In this document: positions 1 through 14,267 of the stretch, piece by piece
Position numbering within the stretch: the stretch's first letter is position 1
Layout: each line of letters opens with the position of its first letter
NCBI GenBank assembly: GCA_951406725.2
Contig: OX597828.1
Coordinates: forward strand, 51,398,001 to 51,462,000
Origin: Octopus vulgaris
Taxonomy: Eukaryota
Direction: 5' to 3'
Length of the DNA stretch: 64,000 nt
Position numbers and translations under genes: made by a program
The notes under the pieces: generated by a model
What the model was told of the DNA's origin: nothing
What the model saw: the letters and a program-made list of their open reading frames with translations, nothing else
Databases searched by the model: none

Positions 1-1089
1 TTAATTTCATTCCGAAACGAAGTTACTCGTGGACCTCGGAATTAATATGATATTAGAGATAGTGTAGACATTTTGATTTAGAAGTTTGTCAGATGGAGCG
101 AACAGCGCAAATCATCTTTGGAGGCATTTCTATAATTGAGAGATTGTTTGGGTTGATTAATATCTAGTTTAAAGATCTGTATGGCGATGTTTCTGAAAAA
201 AAAAAAAAAAACTAAATGGCTAAACAAGAAAATAAAGTGAGGAGCTTCAGAGCTGCAGATGTCACAGCAATGTGAAGATAATTTTAACGACTCTCAAAAA
301 TCTCTGCCAACTGAACAAGTCAGACTCTGTTTGATATATGTCGCTTCCATAAACTGCAAGCAACGCATTCGAAACTAACTCATATTTATAAAACAATCTT
401 ATATACACAGATGTATTGCTATGTAGATTGTATCACTGTAATGTGATGGATTGTCAATGGTATTATCCCCCTTGCCTCACTTCATCAACCCGCCTATGCT
501 TAATCAATCAAACACTTAATAATAACAGGTGACAACGATATCAACTATTTCATTTATGTCTCTAAGCACCTCCGTCTCTCTCTTTCTCTCTCTCTGCTTC
601 AATTTCTCTTCCGAGATATCATCAGTAGAGTATCTGTAATATTAGATTTATAGTTGCAGCCTTCTTCTTGTTGTATGGAGGTATAAAATGGCTCTTTTGT
701 ATGAAATATAATGTCTCTTGGCTGGTGCTGCATCATCGTCACCGGTTTCTCTTATATATTTCTCTACGTCAATTAAACGGATGGTCCTAATTAATTTTTA
801 CAACCTACTTCATCTACACTCATAGTTTGGATGTGAAATATCTTATCACATTGTTGTCCATCACATTTTTTTCCGAGACACACTTCAGCTCCCATAACTT
901 CAGTTACACACTTTTCTTATATTCGGCTGTATAGGTATACCTGCCTGTCTATTTTCAGATCGGAATATCAGAAAAATCAATGAAACTGGTAAAGCCTTTA
1001 AATATAAACCATCTAATAGCCACCCAGGGGAATTTCAATTTTTTTCTGTATTTCTACAGGTGTGGAATCAAATAAGTATGTTTGATATT

Positions 1090-2386
1090 TACGAGGTGAT
1101 ATCAAAAGGTTCCTGGACTAGACATGCAGCACGCCAGCAGGTGGCAGCACGCGGTTACATACGCAGTGAGGGCTAGCAGTGAACTTCATGAAGCAGTGTG
1201 CCAAGTGACATAACTGTGTTTACATCGCAACTTTCAAACTTTTGTTTTGTGATCACATGTATGCTGTAGTCTGAAATTTTCTCATGGACAGGAAGTTGGA
1301 ACAAAGACCTAACGTGGAATCTTGAGTTAAACTCGAGACGTCTACTACAGAGATTTTGGGAATGCTTCGGCAAGTTTACAGTGACGATGCAACGGGTGGC
1401 ACGCAATGTTTTGAGTGGGACGGACGTTTGAAAAGCGAAAGAACATACCTGGACGACGATGAACAATCTAGAATATCTGCCATGAGCGCCACTCCTGGAA
1501 ATCTGGAGAAAACTCGTCATCAGAGGATCATTGTCAAAGAATCAACAACATTGTTGATCTTGTTGGTCCGTGCAGGCAATCCTAACGTCTGAATTGAACA
1601 TGCAGCGTGCCTCTGCGAAGTTTATCCCCCGCTTACTGACCACTGAGCAGAAAGAATGTTGCATCGAAATCTGTGAGGTTCAGCATCGGCCTGCCACTCA
1701 TCCTTCCTGTCGCGGATCATCAGCGGTGAAAAGAGTTGGGTGTAGGAGTAGGATCCTGAGACAAATTATCAGTGGTCACTATGGCAGAGGCCATCATCTT
1801 CAAGACCGAAGCAGGCAAGACAGAACCACAGCTTCACCAAGAATGTACTTATATTTATCTTGGAAACTGTGGTACTCGGCATCGAAAATTCACTCACCCC
1901 CACCAAGGCCAGACCGTCAGTCGTGAGTTCTGAAACATTTGAGGGAAGTGGTTCTGTGAAAACGACCGGATCTGCAGATCGCAAAGAATTGCTTTCTTCA
2001 CGACGACAATGCACTCTGTCACCGAGCTCTCCTCATTCCTGAGTTTCTCGCCCAAAACAAGAGGGCATTGCTTCCGCGCCCACTCTATTCGCCAGATTTA
2101 GGACCGGCAGACTTCCATCTCTTCACTAAAATAAAAACGCAGTTCAAAGTTCACCATCTTAACACCGTTGTCGAGATCAAGAGCGAATCGCAGAAGGTCC
2201 TCGACTCGCTTACGGAAAACGACTTTTATTCTGGATTCCAAATGTGGCTGGAATGCTGGGATCGGTGTACTGCAGCACAAAGTGTCTATTTCGAAGGAGA
2301 TGATGTTAAAACTTAAGTAAATAAGTAATTTTGTATTAAAGATAACTAGTACAACTAGTCCGGAAATATTTTGGCACCGTCTCGCA
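1090..2386 (+). mobile_element. Degenerate full-length mariner transposon (frameshifted transposase pseudogene)
   Basis: Imperfect TIRs TACGAGGTGATATCAAAAGGTTCCTGGACTAG (1090-1121) and CTAGTCCGGAAATATTTTGGCACCGTCTCGCA (2355-2386). ORF fragments carry mariner motifs: MLRQVYSDD (HTH region), AKFIPRLLT (WVPHEL-like), LYSPDLGPADFHLF (YSPDLAP-D) and WDRCTAAQSVYFEGD. Confidence 0.9.
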
Positions 2387-3598
2387 TATATGATATTCAT
2401 CTCTCATAGTCAAGAAAGACGGCTCTGCACTTTCTTCCTAAACATTCTACACAAATACTTCGTTTATGGGGATGAATCTTTTATGCCGTACATTACTTCA
2501 CTCTCTCCGTCAAAGCTGCATTGTCTGAACAGGTGTATCATGTACGACAGTTTAGGCGTCAATGTGATCGCAGATCAGACTGAAATTGTACGTATTGCTC
2601 AAGAACACAACAAATTCCATTCCTCGTTCCAGGACAGCTAACCCGGACTCTCTTCACTATTATTTTCAATCCTTCTTCTTCAGAATATCAGTACCCTAGA
2701 GGTAACACTAACAACATCACGCTCACCAGTATCGAAGTGTCAGAAAGGGTCATTTGTTATGTACTTCCTCCTTCTTCAGCAAACAAAAATACAGACGTTA
2801 TTTTCAATAATTTTTGTTGATAGTAACTTCGATGTTTGTAGTCGACCCTATCCGTGAAACGAGGTGAAACTTTGAACTCATCATCTAAAAGTTTTGAGAA
2901 ACACAATCCATAATTTATTTTGGTTTGGTGATTTACACTACGAACTTCTTTCTCTCTGAAACATGGAATTGTGCAACCATTTATTCGCGGGGGGTCCTAT
3001 AGTGTTATTCGTTAGAATCCATGTGCTGTGACAGAGAGTACACTGACGAAGGAACTATTCGATTTTTACGAGTAAAGGATGTATAAAGACTCAGATATTT
3101 ACCAATCTAATGAGACAGAAAATAAATTGTACAAAAAACAAAATACAAAGATGCACTCATTCAATTACGCTCACATGACTTACATATATTCTCTCTGTTC
3201 GCATCTCTCTGTCGCTCTTTCTAACACACACAAACTTACATACAGATTCACAGACAGAAACCGTTTACTGAATCCTAATTGCTTTGGCTTTCGTTGTTTT
3301 CATATACAGAACTGCCAATAGAGAGAAATGTCATAAAGATTCATATTATTCTCATTTGTAGAATCTTGTAATTAATAAGGTTTATTCAGTCAAATAACAT
3401 TTGCTTTATGGAAAATATCAAATATTTTAGTAGGACCAGCTCCTTCATAGACTTCGTAATTATTTACTAATAGAGAAGAGGTTATTAGATTCGTGGTATA
3501 CTACTATTTATATGCAATTCATCTTACTCTCTACCTCTGTCTATTTTCCTTTTCCTCGTAATTCGTATTTTTTTTTCGTGACGTCCATGTGCCCCCCC

Positions 3599-3651
<53 letters not shown>

Positions 3652-3655
<4 letters not shown>

Positions 3656-3920
3656 AAAACGGTAAGATAACAAAAGAAAGAAAGAGACCTCAATATTATG
3701 TAAATAGAGGAAATTTATCTATACAATATGTTACATTACTCGGTAGTCAAGATAAAACTCTGAGTTTCAGATGCCGAAGTGGAAATCCACAACACCATCT
3801 CATCGGTTATCTGGCTATTTGGTTTTCAAATAGCCAGATAACCGATGAGATGGTGTTGTGGATTTCCACTTCGGCATCTGAAACTCAGAGTTTTATCTTG
3901 ACTACCGAGTAATGTAACAT

Positions 3921-3927
<7 letters not shown>
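3652..3927 (-). mobile_element. TA-embedded insert with perfect ~100-bp fold-back and HHR-like motif (Penelope-like pseudo-LTR fragment)
   Basis: Flanked by (TA)n on both sides. 3721-3821 is the reverse complement of 3827-3927. Each arm holds CCGATGA-stem-GAAA-CTC...GAG-TA. Confidence 0.65.
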
Positions 3928-3961
<34 letters not shown>

Positions 3962-4033
3962 GTATACATGTAAGTATGTATTTATACGTATGCATAAATG
4001 CATATAATATTTATTAGTATATATTATGTTATG

Positions 4034-4066
<33 letters not shown>

Positions 4067-4069
4067 CAC

Positions 4070-4111
<42 letters not shown>

Positions 4112-4180
4112 CGTATACATGTAAGTATGTATTTATACGTATGCATATATGCATATATTATTTATAAGTATATATTATGT

Positions 4181-4217
<37 letters not shown>

Positions 4218-4223
<6 letters not shown>

Positions 4224-4655
4224 AAAGGGCTTAGTAAAATAAATTACTTTGCCACTTGCTAGTTTAGCCCACGTGGGTGGAAAGGGAGAACAAGAATTCT
4301 TCGCTTGCATATTTTGAATTTGTTGGCACTGTCAGTTTGAACGGGTCGTCTGAGGTGTTAAGTCGCCAAAAGGGTATGTTCCTACTTTCAGTGTTTCCAA
4401 ATCCAAATTAAGAAATTTTGGGCTGACGAAAGAAATGTCGAATTTTATTTGGCTGATCTAGAAACGTAACGTTCTCAAATAATCTTTGCACTTGTGATTT
4501 TTTAATGTTTTTTACCCCCATACCTTCGTGGGTTATTCTGAGTAAACACTATCTGAGAGAAATTTTCTTTAAGTATTAGAAATAGCTAAAAAACTTTTTT
4601 GGCTGCTATGAAATTGATTAATAACTAATTAATTTTACCCTCAATTGTTGAAATT
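4218..4655 (+). mobile_element. TA-embedded non-coding insert carrying an HHR
   Basis: ~440 bp of non-microsatellite sequence between two (TA)n tracts, containing the HHR fold at 4417-4479. Confidence 0.6.
4417..4479 (+). ncRNA. Type I hammerhead ribozyme candidate
   Basis: Stem I TTTGGG/CTCAAA; core CTGACGA (4423-4429); stem II AGA/TCT plus GTCGAA/TTTGGC; GAAA (4461-4464); stem III ACG-TAA-CGT; GUU triplet ending at 4473. Confidence 0.65.
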
Positions 4656-4765
4656 ATATATATATATATATATGTATATATACGTATACATGTAAGTATG
4701 TATTTATACGTATGCATATATGCATATATTATTTATAAGTATATATTATGTTATGTATATATTTA

Positions 4766-4806
<41 letters not shown>

Positions 4807-5466
4807 TATATTATATATATATATGCAAAAATAAGAAAGAAAGAGAGAGAGAGAGAGAGAGGGGGACACACATGCATATATATACATTCCAAAATGTAAC
4901 CACATCTGAATCGTTGGCGGTTTTTTGCTCCGTCATCCTTTTCTATTGGACTTACCTCCGATTCTGAAATAAAGCATTGCTCGAAACGTAAAACCGCATT
5001 TCTTTCCTTCTTTGAGCGCCTGCAAATACTTTACATGTACCGAGTCCTCTTGTTGTTGTTTTTGCGTTTGATCTTAGAGGAGATAGTGTTTCAAATAAAC
5101 AAATAAAGCTGCTCAGTTTAGATATGCAAATAATACATATATGTACTGATGTACGTAGTGAGAAAAGAAAAAAGAAGTTTTTCAGACTGAATATTCAGGT
5201 TTAAATATACAAATATGTATGTATTAACAGAGTAATCTTACACAGAAAATTAGACAGGAGAGTGTAAGGTACTATACTTAAACCAAGCAGTTTCACCTGT
5301 TTATTTACATCATTAGCTCCATTTCTGAGATCGGGGATTTCGCTTATAGACAGTTTTCACCGCGATGTCTTGGTTCTCGCTATACACTTAAGTGTGAGTG
5401 AAAGTCCAAACCATTTAAGCGCTACTGCTTTCTATACTGAGCATCTCTAGATATCTGTTATATATG

Positions 5467-5503
<37 letters not shown>

Positions 5504-5534
5504 ATTTGTGTGTGTGTGTGTATTTATATATTTC

Positions 5535-5739
5535 AAAATGTGACCTCGTGTGTACCGTTCGCGATTTTTTCCTCTGTCTTCCCTTCTCTGGATCTTTCCT
5601 TCTCCTATGTTTCCGACGAAGAGCTCCGCTCGAAACGTTAAACCCTCCTTCTTTCCTTCTTTCCTGAGCGTCCAATAATACTATATTTGTTTCACGTCCT
5701 CGCGTTGTTGTGTTTTTTTGTGCTTTCTTGTTTGGATTA

Positions 5740-5743
<4 letters not shown>
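5535..5743 (+). mobile_element. Repeat family ending in (TA)n with a variant HHR-like core
   Basis: Close reverse-complement copy at 63011-63200. Contains CCGACGA-A-GAGC-TCC-GCTC-GAAACGTT...AGCGTC. 3' end TTGGATTAACT abuts (TA)n. Confidence 0.7.
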
Positions 5744-5790
<47 letters not shown>

Positions 5791-5816
5791 ATTTTATCCA
5801 GTCTCTTCCCTTGATA

Positions 5817-5913
<97 letters not shown>

Positions 5914-6322
5914 AGGGAACAGACTGGAATTTAATTATTTAATAACAACCAAACATGATTCATTGCTGAAAGAGGTTGCACCACTGCACGGAGTAGAGAC
6001 ATGTAAGGCATCTTCTTTCAGAAATTCTTCAAACTGAGAATAAAAAAAAACATTATTTAAACTGAGAATCAAGTAATTGATTCTCTGGCAGAAGAACTTC
6101 ATATAGAAGATATCTAACATTATTCACCTCCACGTAAAATTTCGTAACACCCTTCAGCAATATTTGCAGAAATCTTAGTTCCTGAAACGTAACTCACACC
6201 AGTAAAACAAGGACAACAATAAAATATTTACTTATAATGAGGGGAAGATGTAGATTTACTTCTAGAGGACACAGCTTGGACTTTTTCTTACCTACGTAAT
6301 GTATGCATATTCATACATACAT

Positions 6323-6398
<76 letters not shown>

Positions 6399-6511
6399 AT
6401 ATACATATAAATATATACATATATACATACAGAAACACATATATATATATATGTGTGTCTGTGTGTGTATATTTATATCGATCGATTATATATAATTGTA
6501 TGTATATATAT

Positions 6512-6825
6512 TACTCTTTTACTTGTTTCAGTTATTTGATTGCGGCCATGCTGGAGCACCACCTTTAGTCGTGCAAGCAAATAGACCCCAGTGCTTATTC
6601 TTTGTAAGCCTAGTACTTATTCTATCGGGTTCTTTTGACGAACCGCTAAGTTACGGGGACGTAAAGAGGCCAGTATCGGTTGTCAAGCGATGGTGGAGGG
6701 ACAAACACAGACACACAAAGATATACACACATACATATATACATATATACGACGGGCTTCTTTCAGTTTCCGTCTATCAAATCTGCCCACAAGTCATTGG
6801 TCGGCACGAGCCTATTGTAGAAGAC
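6512..6825 (-). mobile_element. tRNA-derived SINE family C, 5'-truncated
   Basis: Shares TTGTTTCAGT..TTGA.TGCGGCCATGCTGGAGCACC and GACGGGCTTCTTTCAGTTTCCGTCTA with the copies at 19075 and 50637. Confidence 0.85.
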
Positions 6826-7371
6826 AAAACAATTAAAACGTGTGGCTTATTAGGAATTAGAACTTAAATCCGAAATAAATAGAAGTCGCAAAAGTGATAA
6901 AAGGTACTGACTAGCACCTCTTTTGTTAAAAATATAAGTTAAAACAATAGAAGAGGCACAAAATTAATGACTGACAAAGGGAGTTAAGTCTGCAGCGTAC
7001 ATAGTCGGATTATGGATTTTTTAAGTTGACCATCTTACTCCTCATGAGCGATTCTTAACACCTAGCATTAAATTCATCTACCTCTGCCAGTCTTATAACA
7101 AAAGCCTTTTGAAACGTGTTGATTTTCTAAACGGTAAAAGTGTAAACAGCAAATTTAAAACGGTCGCTTCTCGGAATTTTCTTGCTGCAAACCGTGTAGA
7201 GCGTCTACATGCATTTGAACATACACAGTACGGAATCACAGTTAAAGCCTTTGAATCGTTAACTGAGGGGTCCCAAGTCGTGAGGCTGGTGGGTGCTTGT
7301 CAAAATAGGCCAAAAGAAATATAGTGAAAACCGAATGCTTTCCATTATTCCAGATGTGACAAAAGCAAAAT

Positions 7372-7372
7372 G

Positions 7373-7438
<66 letters not shown>
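7372..7438. repeat. (AAT)n microsatellite
   Basis: Pure trinucleotide array. Confidence 0.95.
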
Positions 7439-7816
7439 GTCGCACATGGACACAGGATCAAAAGAGAGGTATAATTCAAGTTATTAAGAAAAGGGCATGA
7501 AAAATGAGGTATGAGGTATGGAAACAGAGTTAGTTATATTTTTGTAAAGCATGAAATACTGATCAGTCTCTAGCCAATTTTCTCTCAACATTAGATTCGA
7601 ACTGTTGCCGTGTCCCTTTACTGGTAAAGCTTCCAAAAGGAATAGAATTTAGTACAGGAAAAATACTTCACTTCTGGAAATGTGTTTTGCAACTCGAAAT
7701 GATTTTGAGAACGTTGTGCAAACTATGGCGGTAACGAAATCGTATGAAATGTTATTGGAGGTCAATATTTTTGTTTCCAGAAATGAATTTTGCTGTGTGT
7801 GTGAGTGTATCTGCGT

Positions 7817-7871
<55 letters not shown>

Positions 7872-8027
7872 TGTGTGTTCATGTGTTTCCGTGTACATAT
7901 ACACTTGCACCATTCACTACGTGTCATTGCAGAAGTTTGCTGATACATACATACAGAGACACATGCATACCTATAAAATATATAATTTCATAATATTCAC
8001 TATATAATGTATATGCAAATATGCATG

Positions 8028-8064
<37 letters not shown>

Positions 8065-8521
8065 CAAATATATATATATATATATAAGTATATACATATA
8101 TGCATATATATATATATATATGTATACATACATATACATAAGTATATACAGACATACACACTTACATATGTATGTTTGTATGTGTACCGGTGTTTATGCT
8201 CGTGTGCGCGTGTGCATGAGTGCGTATGTGCATGTATGTGTGTCTGTGTTTGTATGTCTGTGTGTGTGTATCATCGGATATAATACAAAAACTCGTTATT
8301 CATGCTATCACGCATGAAAAATCCATTTCCCCATCCTGAATGCGAATGTTACTCGACATATATAAAGTAAATAATCCCGGTAGAAAGTGATAAATCGAGT
8401 CCAATTGAAAGACAGTAAAACAACATTGCAACTGCAGATTTCTGCTAAATCGATTCATTGTTTATGCATATATTTATATGAATATACAAAGCACACTCGC
8501 ATGCACATGCATACAAATATA

Positions 8522-8560
<39 letters not shown>

Positions 8561-8580
8561 GAAATATATATAAGTATATT

Positions 8581-8800
8581 TCTATTATATAAAATCCGTT
8601 CTGTGAGTGTGTGTGCGTGTGTGTCTTCGAGGATCTCGGGCATCCTCCATCCGATTGCGCTCAAATTTGATATGTACATAACGACGATATCAGGGCGTGT
8701 ATAAATCTTGAGAAAATTACAAAAATCGATTCCAGGTGAGAATGCGATCGATAAAGCCGTGGTAAAGTGCATTTGTACGCGCAAGTACATCAGCTGTTGC
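8581..8800 (+). mobile_element. Non-autonomous Helitron-like element, 5' part
   Basis: Starts TCTATTATATAAAAT, followed by a TG microsatellite and CCGATTGCGCTCAAATTTG, a layout typical of invertebrate non-autonomous Helitron/Helentron families. Right boundary uncertain. Confidence 0.5.
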
Positions 8801-9218
8801 GATGTACTTACTGGTACTTTAAACTCTTCGGTTGCATATTTGTGTGAAAATCGTTTTTCTTTGGAACAGAAAAAAAGTATATCTTTTTTCTTCTTCTGCT
8901 GGTGTCTCAAATTTAGATTAAATCAGTGTTTCTCAAAGAGGAGGCCTATGGGACGGTCGGAGAAGTTGTTTTCAGAAAATTTGGTTTAAATATTTGACAA
9001 CTCAGCACCGTCCATTGGACGGGGGTCGTTTTTCACGTATATATATGTATATATATATACACATTAATATAGGTGTGCATGCATTTGTGTATATATGATG
9101 TATATACATATATGCATACATATATATGTGCATATATATATATGCATATGTATATGTATATATATATGATATATATATCTATATGTATGTATGGATGTGT
9201 GTGTGTATCTATGTATGA

Positions 9219-9283
<65 letters not shown>

Positions 9284-9289
9284 CTAGTC

Positions 9290-10350
9290 CTTATGCAATG
9301 TTTGACCACCTCCTGTACCTACACCTTAGCAACATCATGGCATCTGATATAGTCTTTTAAACCAGACAATGTTCTGAAAAGACACCCATACAGATTGCAC
9401 ATCCGATTTGGGCCACCAAGAGCTGCAGATAAGTTCTGATCTTTGTTGATCTTAACATGTCTTTGGAGGCCTCCGTTGGATTTGAAAACCTCTACACTTT
9501 AGTTCGCCTTTCTACTCGATCCGAAGCAAGTGTTCCTATGTCTTCTGGATCCAATCCAAATGACTTCATTGTAGTCCGTATGCCGTCCTTAAACTTTATT
9601 TTAGGTTTACGCCGATAGCATTTCCCCTCTGCAAGCTCACTATAAAATAACTGTTTCGGCATGCGTTCATCCGCCATTCAAACCATATGGACACATCACC
9701 TCATTTGGTTCCTCAAAATCATAACTTTAACTGGCGTGGTGCTTGCAGATGCAAGGAGATCTGTGTCTGGAGTAAAAGAACTCCATCTAATGTTTAAAAT
9801 GCGATGAAGGCATTTTTGGTGGAATTGTTATAATAAACAAAAATGCCTTTCATAACAAGTCCATGTTTCACAAGAGAACAACAGTGATGGTAAGACAAAT
9901 GATTTATAAAGAGCCAGCTTTGTATTATTATTTATATGTCGCTGGCACCAAACGTGTGACTCCAAGCGAACAAATGCTTTTATTGCACTTTGACTTCGCT
10001 GATGTATTTCTATATCATTTTGTACAAAGCTTCCAAGGTAGATGGACGAATCGACAACCTCAAGTAACTTACCCTTATCAAAAATTTTAACGAGGTTACA
10101 AACAGCACTACATGCAGGTTGATGCATTACAACTGTTTTTTTTTTCAAGTTGATGGTCAAGCCAAAATCATCACAAGCTGAGTCAAATGCAAATACAAGA
10201 TATTGCAGACCTGTTTCAGAATGACTGACATGATTGCAATCGTCAGCGTATAAAATGTCCCTGATGAGTAAAGCACGAAACCTTCGGTCTCAACTTCAGT
10301 CTTGTCAGATTAAAAACATTCCCTGTTGTTCGATATTTGTAAGGAATACT
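9290..10350 (-). mobile_element. RTE-clade LINE reverse transcriptase 3' fragment (pseudogene)
   Basis: Minus strand reads LIRDILYADDC (~10235-10268, RT YADD motif), LTINLKKTVVMHQP, VLPSLLFSCETWT and MADERMPKQLFYSEL, with stops and frameshifts. Confidence 0.9.
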
Positions 10351-11276
10351 CACTTTTCTCATTGGGTTGCTTTCTATTCTGTTTTTCATAAGACAAATAT
10401 TAGTTGATAACTACGTGTCACATTACATAATGTTTCTGCCGAATCACATGGTGGCCTCTCTTTGTATTTTTTGTGCCACATTAATATTATTTATATTTCA
10501 TAGCAGAATTGCTATTAATTAGTGTCAAGTAGAAATGGAAATAAAAATATTTAAATAGTGTAAGAGTGTTTTATGACAGAAGGAAAAATAGATTTAACTA
10601 CAACTGTTTGCCATAATATAATTATATTGCATAATGTTAATATACATTTTCTATCTGGCGGAAATATAGAAGAAATGCTGGTTATTCAATACTATGCATC
10701 ACTGACATAATATTCTTTATCCGGCTTTTGATCTTTGCCTTAAAATGTTTGAATTAACTTTTAATGTTTTCGTATTAGTCGGGCAAATGAGATCATCCAG
10801 ATAATCTGTTGATCGTGTGGCAGCTATTTTAGATTTGTCTCTAAAACGATTCTATCAGACTTGACTCAATTAAGTCATTACAACTTCTTTTCGAGATACA
10901 TCATACAATATCTTGCCTCCGAAAACATTCACACAAATGGATGAAAACAAAAAATGCAAAAATAGGTATCTAGCGAAAGAATTTTAAGCTTCTTATCAGA
11001 ATATCTTTGCTTGTTTCCTTAAAGTTATAAGCCTCCTCAGGGAATAAATTGGAGATTGAAGGCATTGAGTGCATAACGAAATGTTATATATATGAATTGG
11101 TTACAGGGCATAGTTAAATATATATATGTGTGTGTGTGCGTGTGTGTGTGATTGGTTGCGAGTGTGTGTGTATGTAAATGCATATATACATCGAGGTAGC
11201 GAGAGAGTGAGAAAGACGTATATGAGTGTGCTTATAATAGTATATCTATATATGTTTTCATATGTATGGATATGCA

Positions 11277-11307
<31 letters not shown>

Positions 11308-11352
11308 TTAACTACTCCTCCATATATATATTTGCGAGTGTGTGTGTGTAAC

Positions 11353-11403
<51 letters not shown>

Positions 11404-11414
11404 ATGCATGTATG

Positions 11415-11460
<46 letters not shown>

Positions 11461-11634
11461 TATACAACTTCTATTTTAGGCCGCCGGAATTGTAATGCGA
11501 CTGAAGGACTGCTTGGATACTCTTACGCTTTAAATTATCTGGTAACACCTGCGATTTGAAATATGCACACGCACATATGCATACGCATATATACATATAA
11601 ATATATATATATATATATATAAATATATATGTAT

Positions 11635-11687
<53 letters not shown>

Positions 11688-12194
11688 TATTCATATATAT
11701 AGAAATCCACACTTAAATAACGTATGCGCGTTAATACATATTTGCATACAAACGTTTTGCGTACAAAATCCGTGGAAATGCAAAGAGTAGTGAATTGATA
11801 ATATTGTGAATTCGGGAGAGAAAGGCAAAGATAGAGATGCAATCATCCCACATCCTTTTAAGACGTTTCACTCGTATATCTTCCTTGTCTTTTCCTCACT
11901 ATCTATCCTAATCTACATATCTCTCTTCAGTTCTTTTTTACCTTTTTCTCTATCGTTTTTGTCTTTTTCTACCTCCCCCCCCTGTCTTTATCTTCTCCAT
12001 ACATATTCATACTTGAAAGTTAATAACCGAATTACTGCTCTGACAATATCTTTTGAAGTATTTCCATCAAATGCTCCGTATTTTGAAATGTTTTAACCGA
12101 GGAAGGTCTTACGTAAAGTACGAATTTTCTATTATTTCTATTATATATTACGCAAATCTGAATTTCCAAATATCCCGTTGACTTCCTTATTACA

Positions 12195-12722
<528 letters not shown>

Positions 12723-12737
12723 GGAACTAGTAATATA

Positions 12738-12862
12738 CAGAGTGTCCACGAAGTCTGGGTACATGGAGTAAATAAAATCATAACCATAAGCAATTAAATA
12801 TAAGAAATAATAATTTCTTGAAGTATGTGTTAATCCCCATGTACCCAGACTTTGTGGACACC

Positions 12863-12865
<3 letters not shown>
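12738..12865. mobile_element. Tc1/mariner-type MITE (128 bp)
   Basis: ~29-bp TIRs CAGAGTGTCCACGAAGTCTGGGTACATGG / CCATGTACCCAGACTTTGTGGACACCCTG, flanked by TA on both sides. Confidence 0.9.
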
Positions 12866-12919
<54 letters not shown>

Positions 12920-13562
12920 AAAACACACATATGTGTATATATATATATATATATCAACAGAGGCACAAACACACACAACACACACACATATATAAATGTA
13001 CTGGTTTTCTCTATTTCGAAGTGGAAATTGATATGTTTGACGGGTTGGCGAGTATTTGAAGCTAGTTCTAGGGATCACGTTTTACGAATGGGCCGAGTCA
13101 AGGACAATGGCCATGCTGTTTTCGTGATAGCGAATGTATACAAAAGGGAGTTTCTAGGCAGCTTAAGGTTAATAGATTTGCCAATAGTGTGCTTTTTAGA
13201 GGTTGATGCACCCGAGATAGAAAGGTTTAAGCGGTCTTCTCCGAGGGTACCGATAATAGAACCATCATAGTTGCACGTTAAACAAAATAATTCTCCAATG
13301 TTATTGGGGAGTTTGGGGTGGGTGAGCAAGGAACCTATAGGATCAGCTGCTGTTTGGGAAGTAAAAGAACTTTAGCAAAGAGTGATGCACGAAAACATCG
13401 AACACTGTCTGGATAGTGGACAAGCAAAATTTACAGCTCTAAACGACCGTCTCTCACTTTCCTGGGTGCGTTTAATTTCTTACGCTGCAGAAATGTTAAA
13501 CATTTGGAATTGCTAATCCACGATCACACCAGTGAGCACGTATTCTACTAGTTCGTTTTACG

Positions 13563-13610
<48 letters not shown>

Positions 13611-13620
13611 CATACTCCTA

Positions 13621-14149
<529 letters not shown>

Positions 14150-14267
14150 CCTTGCTTTACTCAAGTTGTCTCGGCAGAAGAGTTGAGGCCTCTCTACGTA
14201 ATGATCTGCAAGAGCCTTGTCCCCGTCTGACGTAAGAATCCCTCGACCCACGTCACACAATAGCGCT

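Noticed and set aside
3044-3070. CTGACGA followed by a small stem
   Set aside because: No GAAA, stem III or stem I.
10261-10289. CTGATGA-GT..AC-GAAACC-TTC-GGTC HHR-like core
   Set aside because: No stem I can form, and it is the antisense of the LINE RT coding segment next to YADD; probably chance.
13020-13370. ORF with VFVIANVY, reminiscent of a LINE APE endonuclease
   Set aside because: Only one weak motif; other catalytic motifs are not recognisable.
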